Assembly: GCA_963697895.1 (NCBI GenBank)
Contig: OY969100.1
Span: 128,001 to 192,000, forward strand
Direction of reading: 5' to 3'
DNA from: an uncultured Methanomicrobiales archaeon
Lineage (GTDB): Archaea > Halobacteriota > Methanomicrobia > Methanomicrobiales > Methanospirillaceae
Length of the DNA: 64,000 nt
Shown: positions 1 to 10,768 of the stretch, piece after piece
How positions within the stretch are numbered: position 1 is the stretch's first letter
Layout of the letters: every line of letters begins with the position of its first letter
Translations under genes and position numbers: made by a program
The notes under the pieces: model-generated
Told to the model about the DNA's origin: nothing
Databases searched by the model: none
Seen by the model: only the letters and a program-made list of their open reading frames with translations

Positions 1-2
1 GC

Positions 3-359
3 TTCTCATCCGGGGCACGGGTCTTTTTAAAGGCGGTCCCCGATGCGCACCGGTTCGGGGTGGCGGAGGTGCAGGGTGAGCGGATCGTCTCGATCGAAGA
101 GAAACCAAAGATGCCGAAGTCGAACCTCGCCGTGACCGGCCTCTACCTGTACGACCGGGACGTCTTCCCGATCGTCCGGACGCTCAAACCCTCGCGAAGG
201 GGGGAACTCGAGATCACCGACGTGAACAACGAGTACATCCGCCGGAAAGAGATGAAATTCACCGTTCTCTCCGGGTACTGGAGCGATGCCGGGACCTTCG
301 AAAGCCTCCTCCGTGCCGGCATCCTCGTCCGGGACCACGAGGCGGGTGAGGGGAAATAG
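3..359 (+). CDS. Sugar-phosphate nucleotidyltransferase (glucose-1-phosphate thymidylyltransferase family), C-terminal part; truncated by window start
   Basis: Open from base 3. Motifs RFGVAE, IEEKP, SNLAVTGLYLY, RGELEITD and WSDAGT are typical of RmlA/SpsI-like enzymes. Confidence 0.9.
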   Translation, partial: FSSGARVFLKAVPDAHRFGVAEVQGERIVSIEEKPKMPKSNLAVTGLYLYDRDVFPIVRTLKPSRRGELEITDVNNEYIRRKEMKFTVLSGYWSDAGTFESLLRAGILVRDHEAGEGK

Positions 360-635
360 ACGGGATAACTCCGGGACGGGTGAGATCCCGGCGAATGAGG
401 GGAAGGCGAAGACGGGATAGCTCCGGAACGGGAGGGATCCGGTGAATGAGGGGAAATAGACAGGATAACTCCGAGACTGGGAGAGATCCCGGTGAATGAG
501 GGGAAGGCGAAGACGGGATAACTCCGAGACTGGGAGAGATCCCGATGAATGAGGGGAAGGCGAAGACGGGATAACTCCGAGACTGGGAGAGATCCCGATG
601 AATGAGTGGGGAAGGCGAAGACGGGATAACTCCGG
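348..635. repeat. Tandem array of ~48-55 bp hairpin units (about 5 copies plus a partial)
   Basis: Unit approx GACGGGATAACTCCGAGACTGGGAGAGATCCCGATGAATGAGGGGAAGGCGAA, starting at 359, 411, 459, 512, 565 and 620. Confidence 0.9.
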
Positions 636-970
636 TGTTTTCGGTTGCCGAATCAGGATATATCGAAATATTCACGGTTCAGAAGTTCGGGCACGTCAGG
701 AGAATGCCGGAGAGGGATTCCGGGATGAATCCTCACTGGAAGGAAGATGAATCTCCCGATGCAATGCCCCATCAAGGGGGAAGATCAGGTTCCGGACCGG
801 ATGCGGGAAGCGGCTGATTCTGGCGATGAATGCCGTGGTGATGGCATTGTTCACCCGGAGCTCCGTTGTTTCGTCGTGATGTCAGGGTTTACTGGCCAAT
901 GGGGAGGAAAGACAATGGATTCGTTTAACCAATCAGTATATTACTATAACCGTCGAGTTAATATCCGAAT

Positions 971-1837
971 ATGCAGAGCGTCCGCGCCTTCCTGAACGAT
1001 AAAACGATAGGGGCGACCCGGGTCCACACGGTAAAATTCAAGATTAACGGACGTTGTGTGAATAACTGCAGGTTCTGCCCGTTCCACAACGACCCGCATC
1101 TCCTCGAGGTCGGGGACATCGAACATTTCTTCGATATGGCCGGGAAAAAACCGTTCAGGTCCCTTGTCGTGAACGGCGGAGAACCGACCATTCATCCCCG
1201 GTTCATCGATATCTGCAGGTACCTGAAGGAACAGTTCAGGGACCGGATGTATCTTTCCCTCGGGACGAACCTCATACCGCTCTCCTGGGATCGCGGGCGA
1301 TATACCGACATCCGGAAGACGATCTATGAGACGTTCCACCGCATCGAAGTCGGGTGCGACGACGAGCACAAGAATATCCATCTTCTCGAGCGTTTCGCGC
1401 CCGAAATTGTGGCGGCGGGGATCGTCCTGGACGTCAACGTGATGCCCGATTACTGCAGTGAAGAGACGAAGGGAAGGATACTCGCGGTGAAAGATCGGTA
1501 CGACCTGGACGTAACCTTCTCGGAACTTCACCACTATTATGAATCCCGGCCCGTCATCAATGATGCATCGACGCCCTGCCGGAAACGGGCGCGGGACCTC
1601 CTGGTTAACTGCAACGGCGATCTCTTCTTCTGTTTCCACCAGGAGATGGAGACACCGGTCTGCAACCTCTTCACCGTAACCGGAAAAGAACTGGAGTATT
1701 ATCTGGAGCGGTACGATCCGCGGGAGTATCACTTCTGTGCCTGCTGCCCGAGATATATCCCCGAGCGTTCTCTGCATATCAGAAAACAGTTAAAAAAGAG
1801 TGCAGAGGGACTGAAGAGGTTATTGATCGAGAACTGA
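971..1837 (+). CDS. Radical SAM protein with C-terminal Cys-rich SPASM/twitch-like domain
   Basis: CVNNCRFC (CxxxCxxC), NGGEPTIHP, C-terminal PC...NGDLFFC...CNL...FCACC. Confidence 0.85.
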   Translation: MQSVRAFLNDKTIGATRVHTVKFKINGRCVNNCRFCPFHNDPHLLEVGDIEHFFDMAGKKPFRSLVVNGGEPTIHPRFIDICRYLKEQFRDRMYLSLGTNLIPLSWDRGRYTDIRKTIYETFHRIEVGCDDEHKNIHLLERFAPEIVAAGIVLDVNVMPDYCSEETKGRILAVKDRYDLDVTFSELHHYYESRPVINDASTPCRKRARDLLVNCNGDLFFCFHQEMETPVCNLFTVTGKELEYYLERYDPREYHFCACCPRYIPERSLHIRKQLKKSAEGLKRLLIEN

Positions 1838-2055
1838 TATATCCGGGATGGTCAGGACTTCTGATCTCCGGGGCGGATAAGGGCAACTGATCTTCGCATC
1901 TTCTCACCTGCACCAGTCAATACAGGCCTGCGTACAATTACATCCCGCACCCGTGAGGTGCACATGACAGAAGGTTTAGTACGGCCCCGACCCAAGAGGG
2001 ATATACCAGGGAGTGCATGAAGATTACTCTCCGTGCAGGGTGTTTTGTTGGAATG

Positions 2056-2184
2056 GGGGAAGCAGGGATACGCCGTACCACAACAGGAGGAGAAGGGAAG
2101 CAGGGATGCGCCGTATCTCAACAGGGACAGAAGGGGAGCATGGATGCGCCGTATCTCAACAGGGACAGAAGGGGAGCAGGGATG
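2056..2184. repeat. Tandem array of ~38 bp units (about 3 copies plus a partial)
   Basis: GGGGAGCAGGGATGCGCCGTATCTCAACAGGGACAGAA-like units at ~2056, 2095, 2133, partial at 2171. Confidence 0.85.
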
Positions 2185-2207
2185 AATAAAAAGAGCTTAT
2201 TACCGGG

Positions 2208-3152
2208 ATGTCCATGAAAAAACTGAGTGAGACGGGTGCGGATTTTCATTCTATTTCTGTCGTTATCCCGGTATACAACGATCCGGATGGCATAAAGGAT
2301 ACCCTGGACTCGCTCGTCATTCAGGACTATCCCCCGCATCATTTTGAGGTTATTGTCGTGGATAACGGATCGACCGATCATACTGCGGCGGTGATCGGGG
2401 AGTATGGAAGGGATAACCCGAAGATCCGGTTGGAAACGGAATATCCGGTCCACAGCTCGTACGCAGCCCGGAACAAGGGTATACTGTCGTCCCGGGGATC
2501 GGTTATCGCGTTCATGGATGCGGATATGTCGGTCGGTGCGGACTGGCTGACAAAGATCAACCAGTCGCTGCAGGAGAATAACGGGGACTATCTCGCCTGC
2601 GGAGTGGAAATAGTCGGGAGGAACAAGACCATCTATGAGCTATATGATAAAATAACCGGGTTTCCGGTAGGGTCCTACCTGCAGGACGACCACTTCGCGC
2701 CTACCTGTTGCCTGGTGGTGCGAAAAAGTCTGTTTATGGAACTCGGGTTATTTGATTCGAGACTGATCTCGGGCGGGGATCTCGAATTCGGAAACAGAGC
2801 GTACCGATCAGGGAAAAAACTCTGTTACGACCCGGAGATCGTGATGAGGCATCCTGCCCGTTCGTCGTTCAGGTCACACTATAACAAATTATTCCGTGTC
2901 GGAAGGGGACTTCGGCAGTTAACGGTCTATTATCCGGAGCGATTCCCTGTCCGGAAGTACAGTGCGTGGAATCCCCGGAATTACATCCCCCGCACCCCCT
3001 GGAATTTTTTCCGCTCCTATAAAGGGAACGAAACCTGGGATGAATTGCGGCTTACCGATAAAATCAGGCTCTACGGGATCAACTGGGTCCTCCAGCTGGC
3101 AAAGATGGGTGGATACCGGTACGAATCCCGCAGATCCGGCAGAGGCGGTTGA
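2208..3152 (+). CDS. Glycosyltransferase family 2
   Basis: SVVIPVYN, VVDNGSTD, AARNKG, FMDAD, GGDLEF. Confidence 0.92.
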   Translation: MSMKKLSETGADFHSISVVIPVYNDPDGIKDTLDSLVIQDYPPHHFEVIVVDNGSTDHTAAVIGEYGRDNPKIRLETEYPVHSSYAARNKGILSSRGSVIAFMDADMSVGADWLTKINQSLQENNGDYLACGVEIVGRNKTIYELYDKITGFPVGSYLQDDHFAPTCCLVVRKSLFMELGLFDSRLISGGDLEFGNRAYRSGKKLCYDPEIVMRHPARSSFRSHYNKLFRVGRGLRQLTVYYPERFPVRKYSAWNPRNYIPRTPWNFFRSYKGNETWDELRLTDKIRLYGINWVLQLAKMGGYRYESRRSGRGG

Positions 3153-3304
3153 AATTTTCCCGCAGGAATACCATAACGTCTCGGTAATATGGGATGATAT
3201 CGCATTTTAACGGCAGGGAAATGGGCGGTCAGGACTTTTCCGAAGGAAAACGAACCGGAGACACTCCCATTCCCCCCGTCGGCCGGGATAGGCCAAGCAG
3301 AAGG

Positions 3305-3562
3305 GGTATCACGAAAACCCATGCCCGGACCCGGGTATCACCCCGGTGTATCGATTTGTCCTGAACGATTGTTCACGAGTATCCGCTCACCCGGTCATGG
3401 GGAGTATCACGAATACCCATGCCCTAACGCCCGGACCCGGGTATCACCCCGGTGTATCGATAAATTCCCGAACAGTTGTTCATAAGTACGGGTCACGACA
3501 ACCCAGCCCGTGACGCACGGATCCGGATGTCCCGGTGTATCGATACATCCGAACGATTGTTC
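3305..3562. repeat. Degenerate intergenic direct repeat, ~80-105 bp period, about 3 copies
   Basis: CCCGGACCCGGGTATCACCCCGGTGTATCGAT occurs twice exactly; CCCGGTGTATCGAT...GAAC(G/A)(A/G)TTGTTC occurs three times. Confidence 0.7.
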
Positions 3563-3574
3563 GTGATTGCCCGC

Positions 3575-4415
3575 CTACCCGGTCCAGGAAGCCGGAGCGG
3601 ACCCCCCGGCCTCCTCCTCCTCCTTCCCGACCTCACGGAGGTACTGGCGGATCACCTCGTGCGGGGTGCCGGTCGTGACGATCCTTCCTTCACGGAACAA
3701 CATGCACTTTTTGCAGACCGCCCGGATCTGGTCGAGTTCGTGGGAGACGAAGAGGATCGTCTTTCCTGCCCGGCGGATCTCCTCGATCTTTTCCATGCAC
3801 TTATGCTGGAACGCCTCGTCCCCGACCGCCAGGATCTCGTCCACCAGGAGAATATCCGGGTTGGTATGAATCGCGACGGAGAACCCGAGCCGGAGATGCA
3901 TGCCGGAAGAGAAGTTCCGTATCTTCATGTCCTCGAACTTTTTTCAGCTCGGCGAAGTTCAGGATATCCCAGTATTTCCGGTCGATCTCCCTCCGGGTCA
4001 TCCCCATGATCGCCCCGTACAGGTAGATATTCTCCCGGGCGGTGAGCTCCGGCTCGAACCCGACACCCAGTTCGAGGAACGGGGCTACCCGTCCCTGGAC
4101 GAGGACGCATCCCCGGTCAGGGTACAATACCCCGGCGATCAGTTTCAGGAGTGTGCTCTTTCCCGACCCGTTCGGCCCGATCACCCCGACGGTATCCCCG
4201 TGGCGGATATGAAACGAGACGTCGTCGAGGGCGCTGAAGTCCCGGTACATTGCCGCCTTTCCCTGGAGCCGGGCTGCAAGGCGCGAGTAAATGGTCCGGC
4301 GCCGCTCGAGCGGGATCTGAAACTGCTTCGTCAGGTGCTGGACGGAGATGGCGATCGTTTCGTCCTCGCTCCCCGGTTCGAGGGTGCTCCCTTTGGCGCA
4401 CCGCATGAAGCGCAT
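3575..4415 (-). CDS. wzt: ABC polysaccharide exporter ATP-binding subunit (Wzt-like), split by a +1 frameshift at ~3939-3944
   Basis: Walker A GPNGSGKST in ORF 3801-4415; FSSGM signature, ILLVDE and VSH in ORF 3575-3928. Removing one A from an A6 run restores ELKKFEDMKIRNFSSGM. Confidence 0.88.
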
Positions 4416-5177
4416 CTACATATCCTCCGCGAACCGGGGTTCCATCCGGTTGAATATCAGGGTTCCGATGAGGAGGACGATACCCGATGCGAGGATCGTA
4501 TATCCGAGCAGAGGGAGAGAAGGGAAGGTCGCATAGAGCATGATCTCGCGGAACATCACCATGATCGAGCTCACCGGGTTAAGCAGGTAGAGGGCCTGGT
4601 ACTGTTCGGGGATCAGCGTGACCTGGTAGAAGACCGGGGTGAGAAAGTACCCGATCTGCATGAGAACCGTCCATACATTCTCGAGATCCCGGTACCGGGG
4701 AAAGAGCGCCCCGAGGGCCAGACCCACCCCGTAGACCATCCCGAAATAGATCAGCATGAGCGGGGGGAACATCAGGAGATTGAGGGAAAACGGTGCACTG
4801 AAGATGATCAGGAACGCAAAGAGGATGACAAACTCGAGCAGGGAACTGATGAAGCCGGAGATCACGAGAGAAAAGACCAGTATCTGGCGTGGAATGTAGA
4901 TCTTCTTTACCAGCCCCGGTTTGCTGTAGATGGAGCGGACGGTGGAAGATGTGCCGTTCGCGAAGACCCGCCAGACGATGATCCCGACGAACAGGTAAAG
5001 GATCAGGCTGGTATCGGTAACATTTCGTACGTTCCGGAAGACCACGTAGAGGACGACGAGCCACAGGAGCGGGTTTAAGAGGGACCAGAGAAACCCGAGC
5101 ACCGAGGACTGGTACTTGATCCGGAGGTCGCTGATGACAAGGATCCGGATCAGGTCGTAATAATCACGCACCCACAT
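4416..5177 (-). CDS. wzm: ABC polysaccharide exporter permease (Wzm-like)
   Basis: DLRIKYQSSVLGFLWSLLNP, RYRDLE, FLTPVFY, LNP; multiple hydrophobic helices; directly upstream of wzt. Confidence 0.93.
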   Translation of the reverse strand: MWVRDYYDLIRILVISDLRIKYQSSVLGFLWSLLNPLLWLVVLYVVFRNVRNVTDTSLILYLFVGIIVWRVFANGTSSTVRSIYSKPGLVKKIYIPRQILVFSLVISGFISSLLEFVILFAFLIIFSAPFSLNLLMFPPLMLIYFGMVYGVGLALGALFPRYRDLENVWTVLMQIGYFLTPVFYQVTLIPEQYQALYLLNPVSSIMVMFREIMLYATFPSLPLLGYTILASGIVLLIGTLIFNRMEPRFAEDM

Positions 5178-6117
5178 AGGAAGCCTCCCCGCTGCCCCAG
5201 GTCCGGACGAACCGGGAAAAATCGTGATAGGTCCCCGACCGGATCACGCTCCGCCGTTCCCGCAGCATCCGCCCGAGCCCCGCGATCGCGTGGACCTTCG
5301 CCCGGAGGATGACCCTTCCCCGCCCCTGCAGCAGGTAAACGACCGTCACCCCGATATTCCGCCCAAGTATCCAGGGGAGAGAGGTGACGAGGAGCCGGAG
5401 GGGGAAGTCCCTGAACGTATACCAGAGGATGTTCCGGTTTCCATAGTACACCGCGAGGTCGGACCCCCGTCCCGCGCTCGCCCCGTTCGCGTGCACCACC
5501 ACGGCCTCCGGCACGTACCGGCACTTCCAGCCGGCAAGACGTCCGCGGACGGCGAGATCCACGTCTTCCATGTACAGGAAGAACGACGCATCGAAGGAGC
5601 CGACCTCCGCGAGCATCGCTCTCCGGTAGAGCGCGGCTCCTCCGCAGGGCCCGAGGACCTCTTCCGCAGGGGATTCCGGCCCGGGATCTCTCCTCCCCAT
5701 GTCCCGGTTCCAGGCGGCACCGCTCCGTGAGATGCAGATACCGGTGGAGTTCAGCCGCCCGTCCGGCAGGAGCATCTTCGGTGCGCACATCCCCGTCCGG
5801 GGATCCGCTTCCATCGCACGCGCAAGATGTTCCACGCAGGAGGGATCGAGGACGATGTCGTTATTCAGGGCAAGGATCGCATCCCCGGAAGCCGCCGCGA
5901 TCCCGGCGTTGATCCCCCCGCCGTACCCGAGATTTTCCGTGCTCCGTATCAGGCGCACCCGGGCCGCAAACTCGTCGGGGATCCGGTCGCTGCCGTCCGT
6001 CGAGGCGTTATCGACCACGATCACCTCGAGATCCGTCCAGGTCTGCGTGGCAAGGGACGAAAGGCAGGCGGAGAGGAACTCCGCGCCGTTGTAGTTGACG
6101 ACAATCGCGCTTATCAT
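5164..6117 (-). CDS. Glycosyltransferase family 2 (rhamnosyltransferase-like)
   Basis: AIVVNYN, VVDNASTD, ENLGYGGGIN, LNND, FFLYMEDVD. Confidence 0.92.
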   Translation of the reverse strand: MISAIVVNYNGAEFLSACLSSLATQTWTDLEVIVVDNASTDGSDRIPDEFAARVRLIRSTENLGYGGGINAGIAAASGDAILALNNDIVLDPSCVEHLARAMEADPRTGMCAPKMLLPDGRLNSTGICISRSGAAWNRDMGRRDPGPESPAEEVLGPCGGAALYRRAMLAEVGSFDASFFLYMEDVDLAVRGRLAGWKCRYVPEAVVVHANGASAGRGSDLAVYYGNRNILWYTFRDFPLRLLVTSLPWILGRNIGVTVVYLLQGRGRVILRAKVHAIAGLGRMLRERRSVIRSGTYHDFSRFVRTWGSGEASYVGA

Positions 6118-6215
6118 ATGCCAGAGGGCGCCATCCCGCCCAGATACCCGTCAGTACTTCTCGACGGGGAGTTTCTTATATACTTCCCCGATCCGGCTCC
6201 GCGTCCGGATGAATG

Positions 6216-7304
6216 TCACGGTTCGAACTCCCGGATCGCCGATTTCAGGTTCCCGGCAAACATCTGTTCCGAGAACTGTCCGGACCTGGCGACGCAGGTC
6301 TCCCTCATCTCCCGTGCCCGTGCCGGCGTCAGGTACCTGACCGCTCTCACGAGCTCGTCCACGGTCGCGTTCGGACAGAGACAGCCCGTTTCACCGTGGA
6401 CGATCGTCTCTTTCAGCCCGCCTTCGCGGACCCCGATACACGGCTTGCCCGCCGCCATCGATTCCACCGGCGACATCCCGAAGTCCTCGTCCACCGGGAT
6501 GTATATCGTCGCGATGCAGGTGCCGATCAGCCGTTCCAGGCTGGATTCCGAGACCCATCCCTCGATGCTGATGTTAGGGTATCCGTCGGCCATCTTTTGG
6601 ATCTTCTCCAGGTCCGGCCCGCCCGAGATCACGACCAGGTTCTTCTCCGGCATCCTCCGGAACGCATCCACGATCCGGTCTACCCTTTTTAAACCGTCCA
6701 GCCGTCCGGTGGAGAGGTAGAACTCCTCCTGCCCGAGCCAGGAATACCGGTCGGTCGCGATCGGGGGATAGACGACCGAACTCCGCCGGTATACCTCGTC
6801 CCCGTAGGAGGCTCTCACCCGATCCCGGACATTTTCGGAGTTGCAGAGGATTTTATCGAACTGCCGGACGTATTTCTGATCCTTTCTCCTCCAGTAGACC
6901 GAGAACGGCCTCACCAGGGCTTTCACGAGCGCTCTCTGCACCGGGTCCCCGATCGCCGCATCGATCGCCTCCGGGGAGTCGCGGAGGTGATAGAGCCATC
7001 GCGGCGGGGTGTGGCAGTACCAGACCGACGGATGATGGTGCGAAGCGGCGATCGCCCACGTACCCGAGCAGATCACGAGGTCATAGGGCGAAAAGTCATG
7101 GTTTTCAAATGCCCTCGCGATCTTCAAAAGGTTCGGGGATGAAGAGAGCGGAGTAACGGGCAGGTCCCGCAACTCCGGGTACGTATGCTCCCGGTCGACA
7201 AAACCGGTATAAATATCTGCACCGAGCGCCCGTGCCATGGTCATGACCACGCGTTCTCCTCCCCCCCGCTTGAGGAAATGATCGTGGCAGACGGCGATCT
7301 TCAT
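6216..7304 (-). CDS. Glycosyltransferase family 4
   Basis: GGGERVV, WYCHTPPR, EDFGMSPVESMAAGKP (EX7E). Confidence 0.92.
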   Translation of the reverse strand: MKIAVCHDHFLKRGGGERVVMTMARALGADIYTGFVDREHTYPELRDLPVTPLSSSPNLLKIARAFENHDFSPYDLVICSGTWAIAASHHHPSVWYCHTPPRWLYHLRDSPEAIDAAIGDPVQRALVKALVRPFSVYWRRKDQKYVRQFDKILCNSENVRDRVRASYGDEVYRRSSVVYPPIATDRYSWLGQEEFYLSTGRLDGLKRVDRIVDAFRRMPEKNLVVISGGPDLEKIQKMADGYPNISIEGWVSESSLERLIGTCIATIYIPVDEDFGMSPVESMAAGKPCIGVREGGLKETIVHGETGCLCPNATVDELVRAVRYLTPARAREMRETCVARSGQFSEQMFAGNLKSAIREFEP

Positions 7305-7516
7305 ACAGGTACTCAGTGGGGAAAAATCCTATATATACTTATGAAAGGGAACAGCAGCCCGGAGTGCGGTTTGTGCCCGGGCTCCCCGTGCGGGCGACCG
7401 GATGATATACCCTTTCGCCCCGGCTGATCCTTTCCCCCGATATGACCGTCATGAATCCCTGGTTTTTTTCTTCGAAAGAATTAATCCGGTGGAATTGAGA
7501 ACCAATAAGGTACGCA

Positions 7517-8852
7517 ATGGGAAAATTTACCTTATATGATAATCCAGCGGTGGACCAGACGATTCAGAAGGATCTGGATCTCATATGCCACGAGATACTC
7601 GCGGCCTGTACGACCGAAGTCCATTTTACTGGCAGGAACTTTTGGGAGAGGTGAAGGGAGTGTGCTCATGGCGGATGGACAGGACGGCAGGATCGTTCCC
7701 GTTATGGATTATGACCTGCTCATCATCGGGGATGAACGGTCACTCCTCACCGCCGGAGAGCATTCCGATCTCAGGAGACGGTTACATGACCAGTGCCGGT
7801 CGGGAAAGATAGCGCAGCACGTAATCTCTGGCTGCGATCTCGATCTCTTCTGGTCTTCCCTCAACGAATTCGTCAGTAATGCACATTTAAGCATTTATGA
7901 TATGAAAGATGCAAGCATCGTGCTCTACGGGGAAGATATCAGAAACCTCGTCGCGATCGATATAGAAAAATTGGCTGTTTCGGCTTGTTACTACAGCCTG
8001 TTTCGAAGCATAAAGTCGTTTCTCAACCAATTTTCCATCGACTGCCTGAACTCGCCACCGACCGGAAAAAAACGGTTTTCCCTGATCTTCTATTGCAGCA
8101 AAGTATACCAGCATATGGGAACTCAGCTCACCCTCTGTCACCATCTCTATGATCCCTCATCCAAAGTCAGGGTGGAGCGGCTGCGAGAGAACTATTCCCG
8201 TCTCTATCCGAAACTCGCCGCAAAGGTTCCGAATTTACCCGATAAAATTTATTTTTATCAAAATTTGTCATTATTTCCCGACACCATATCAACCGGTGGA
8301 ATCGACCCGGTTGCTCTGTGGTTCGAAGCACGGGATGACTTCGAACTGGTTATGAAATACTGCCTTTCGACGCTGGGGAATCCGGATTCGGATGACATGA
8401 CGTTCCTCTCCGATGTACTATACCAGTCTCTCCGTCGGGATTACCACAGATACTTCATCGAATACTTTTTGAATGCACGATATGGCATTCGGAACCCCGC
8501 GGTCATCTCCTTTGTGAACCGGATGTACCACCTCTATTATACGCATATATTTGCCATGAATTATCGAAAAGTGCACAGGTCCGGTTTCAGACTATATGGA
8601 ATGTCCCCCCTCCCGAAACTCCTTGCAATCTCCCCCTTACTCCTGTTCTCTCTCCATCCGGACGGGAGTGTCGACGAGAAACTCTATTCTGCCTTCTGGG
8701 AACGATTTTCTCCCATATGTCCGGAAAGGGATCCCCACCTGCAGGTTCCGGATGCGCAAAACTGGGAAATTTCAAAAAATAAGCTCCTGGACACCATTCA
8801 ATTGAATAAGAAGCAGCAGAGGGAGGGAGGGAGCCCGCGAAAACGGTCATGA
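7517..8852 (+). CDS. Pol-beta-type nucleotidyltransferase-fold protein; probable +1 frameshift near 7605
   Basis: ILLAGTFGRGEG...DYDLL...DLD motif. ATG at 7517 gives MGKFTLYDNPAVDQTIQKDLDLICHEILAA, which joins VRPKSILL if one base is removed. Confidence 0.65.
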
Positions 8853-9046
8853 ACAGAGGTGTAACCGGCGGGATGGTCCTCATTTTCATAAGAAGCATAC
8901 CATTCCCGTATCCTGAAGACGATCTCCGCATCCCGGGCTGTGGAGTAACCCTTTAAGAGGTTTCTGCATACCAGTTCCGGAAAAAATAACGATACCGTTA
9001 AATTATTTCACCTTACAATAAAAACCAGTAATTTTGCGGGGGTTAG

Positions 9047-10768
9047 ATGAACAAAACGGTTGAACCCATCCTAATCGATCCGGATACCCCTATACGGAGA
9101 GTAATGGAAATAATCAACGAGGCACCTCATAAAGGTGCAGTTGCCGGAATAGCGTTGGTTGTGGACGAAGAAAAATATGTAAAGGGCGTGATCAGCGACG
9201 GGGATATCAGACGTGCCACCCTTCGGGGAGTGTCTCTTGACGCTCCGGCAGAGACCATCATGATAACGGATCCCATAACGGTCCTGCAGGGCCTGTCCGG
9301 CAGTGAAATGATCAAAGAAATCACCAGAAAACTGAATTCAACGGACAGGATAAAAAATAAGAAGATCGAAAAAGTCATTATCGTCGACGAATCCGGCAGG
9401 ATCGAAGATGTAATCACTATTTTCGATCTCTGGAAAAAAAATGAGATGAGTATAAAGAATATATGTGTCGTCGGTTTGGGATATGTCGGATTAACCCTTG
9501 CCGTATCCCTTGCAGACGTTGGTTTTACGGTCGTCGGCATCGATAAAAATTCCGCAGTCGTTCATACCCTGGGACAGGGAAAGCCCCATTTCCATGAACA
9601 AGGGCTCGATACCATCCTTAAATATCATATAAACAAGTCTTTCTCGGTACGTTCCACGTTTGATTCCATACAATCCGATGTCTATATCATCTGCGTCGAT
9701 ACCCCGGTCGATGAGTCCCATCGCCCCGATATGGAAAATCTGAAAAATGCGTGCGAATCGATAGGCAAAATAGTAAAAAGAGACGATCTGGTCATTTTGA
9801 GATCTACCGTCCCGATCGGGACATCGAGAGGCGTGATACCCCCCATTCTGGAAGAGGGATCGGGCATGACCTGTGGGACCGATTTCTTCCTGGCCTTTGC
9901 TCCCGAACGAACGCTGGCCGGCAAAGCGTTGGAGGAACTCAGGACACTCCCCCAGATAGTGGGAGGGTGGAACGAGATCAGTTCCGAGATGGCGTCCAAC
10001 ATCTTCAAAAGACTGACCCCGACCATTGTAACGGTAGACTCTCTCGAGGCCGCAGAAATGATCAAGTTAATGGACAACAGTTTCCGGGACCTCATCTTCG
10101 CGTTCTCGAATGAACTTGCACTGGTCTGCGACAAATTCAATCTGGACACCGTGAAAGCAATACGGGCGGCAAATGAAGGGTATTTAAGAAACCGGATACC
10201 GCTTCCCAGTCCGGGTGTCGGGGGCTCATGCCTGACCAAGGATCCTTATATCCTGATCCATAATGCCCTCCAAAAAGGGTATAATTTGAAATTAACCAGA
10301 AGTGCAAGGGAAATAAATGAATATATGCCTCTATTTATCGCAGAAAAAATTTTTGGTTTTTTAAAAGAGCACGAGATCGATATGTCCCGGGCAAAAATTT
10401 TTATCATGGGATTCGCGTTCAAGGGATCGGAAGAGACTTCGGATATTCGAAAGTCCCCCGCGATCGAGTTATTAGCGCACCTTCGCTCCATGAACCCGGG
10501 CTCAAACATCTTCGGGTACGATGCGGTCGTACAACAGGAGGTAATTCACCATCTCGGGGTGATCCCCTGTACTATCGATAAGGGGTTCGAGCAGGCCGAT
10601 GTCGTCGTGATAATGAATAACCACAAGTCCTTTTCGGGTATGGACATCTATGCCCACCTCGAGAAGATGAACAAACCCGGGCTCTTTTTCGACGGCTGGC
10701 ATACCTTTCCCAAGGAAGTCATCTCAAATGTCGAGGGCATTGTTTACGGAGGTCTGGGTGTTGAATGA
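9047..10768 (+). CDS. CBS-domain + nucleotide-sugar dehydrogenase (UDP-HexNAc dehydrogenase WecC/WbpA family)
   Basis: N-terminal CBS pair (GVISDGDIRR); GLGYVG, RSTVPIGT, PER, AEMIKL, PGVGGSCL (catalytic Cys), AFKG...DIRKSP. Confidence 0.88.
   Translation: MNKTVEPILIDPDTPIRRVMEIINEAPHKGAVAGIALVVDEEKYVKGVISDGDIRRATLRGVSLDAPAETIMITDPITVLQGLSGSEMIKEITRKLNSTDRIKNKKIEKVIIVDESGRIEDVITIFDLWKKNEMSIKNICVVGLGYVGLTLAVSLADVGFTVVGIDKNSAVVHTLGQGKPHFHEQGLDTILKYHINKSFSVRSTFDSIQSDVYIICVDTPVDESHRPDMENLKNACESIGKIVKRDDLVILRSTVPIGTSRGVIPPILEEGSGMTCGTDFFLAFAPERTLAGKALEELRTLPQIVGGWNEISSEMASNIFKRLTPTIVTVDSLEAAEMIKLMDNSFRDLIFAFSNELALVCDKFNLDTVKAIRAANEGYLRNRIPLPSPGVGGSCLTKDPYILIHNALQKGYNLKLTRSAREINEYMPLFIAEKIFGFLKEHEIDMSRAKIFIMGFAFKGSEETSDIRKSPAIELLAHLRSMNPGSNIFGYDAVVQQEVIHHLGVIPCTIDKGFEQADVVVIMNNHKSFSGMDIYAHLEKMNKPGLFFDGWHTFPKEVISNVEGIVYGGLGVE

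Noticed and set aside
348-635. CRISPR array or guide-RNA array
   Set aside because: No unique spacers, whole units are homologous, and there is no cas or Nop-domain gene nearby.
3935-3950. Programmed -1 frameshift at AAAAAAG in wzt
   Set aside because: The phase is AAA AAA G and a +1 correction is needed; this matches the window-wide insertion pattern.
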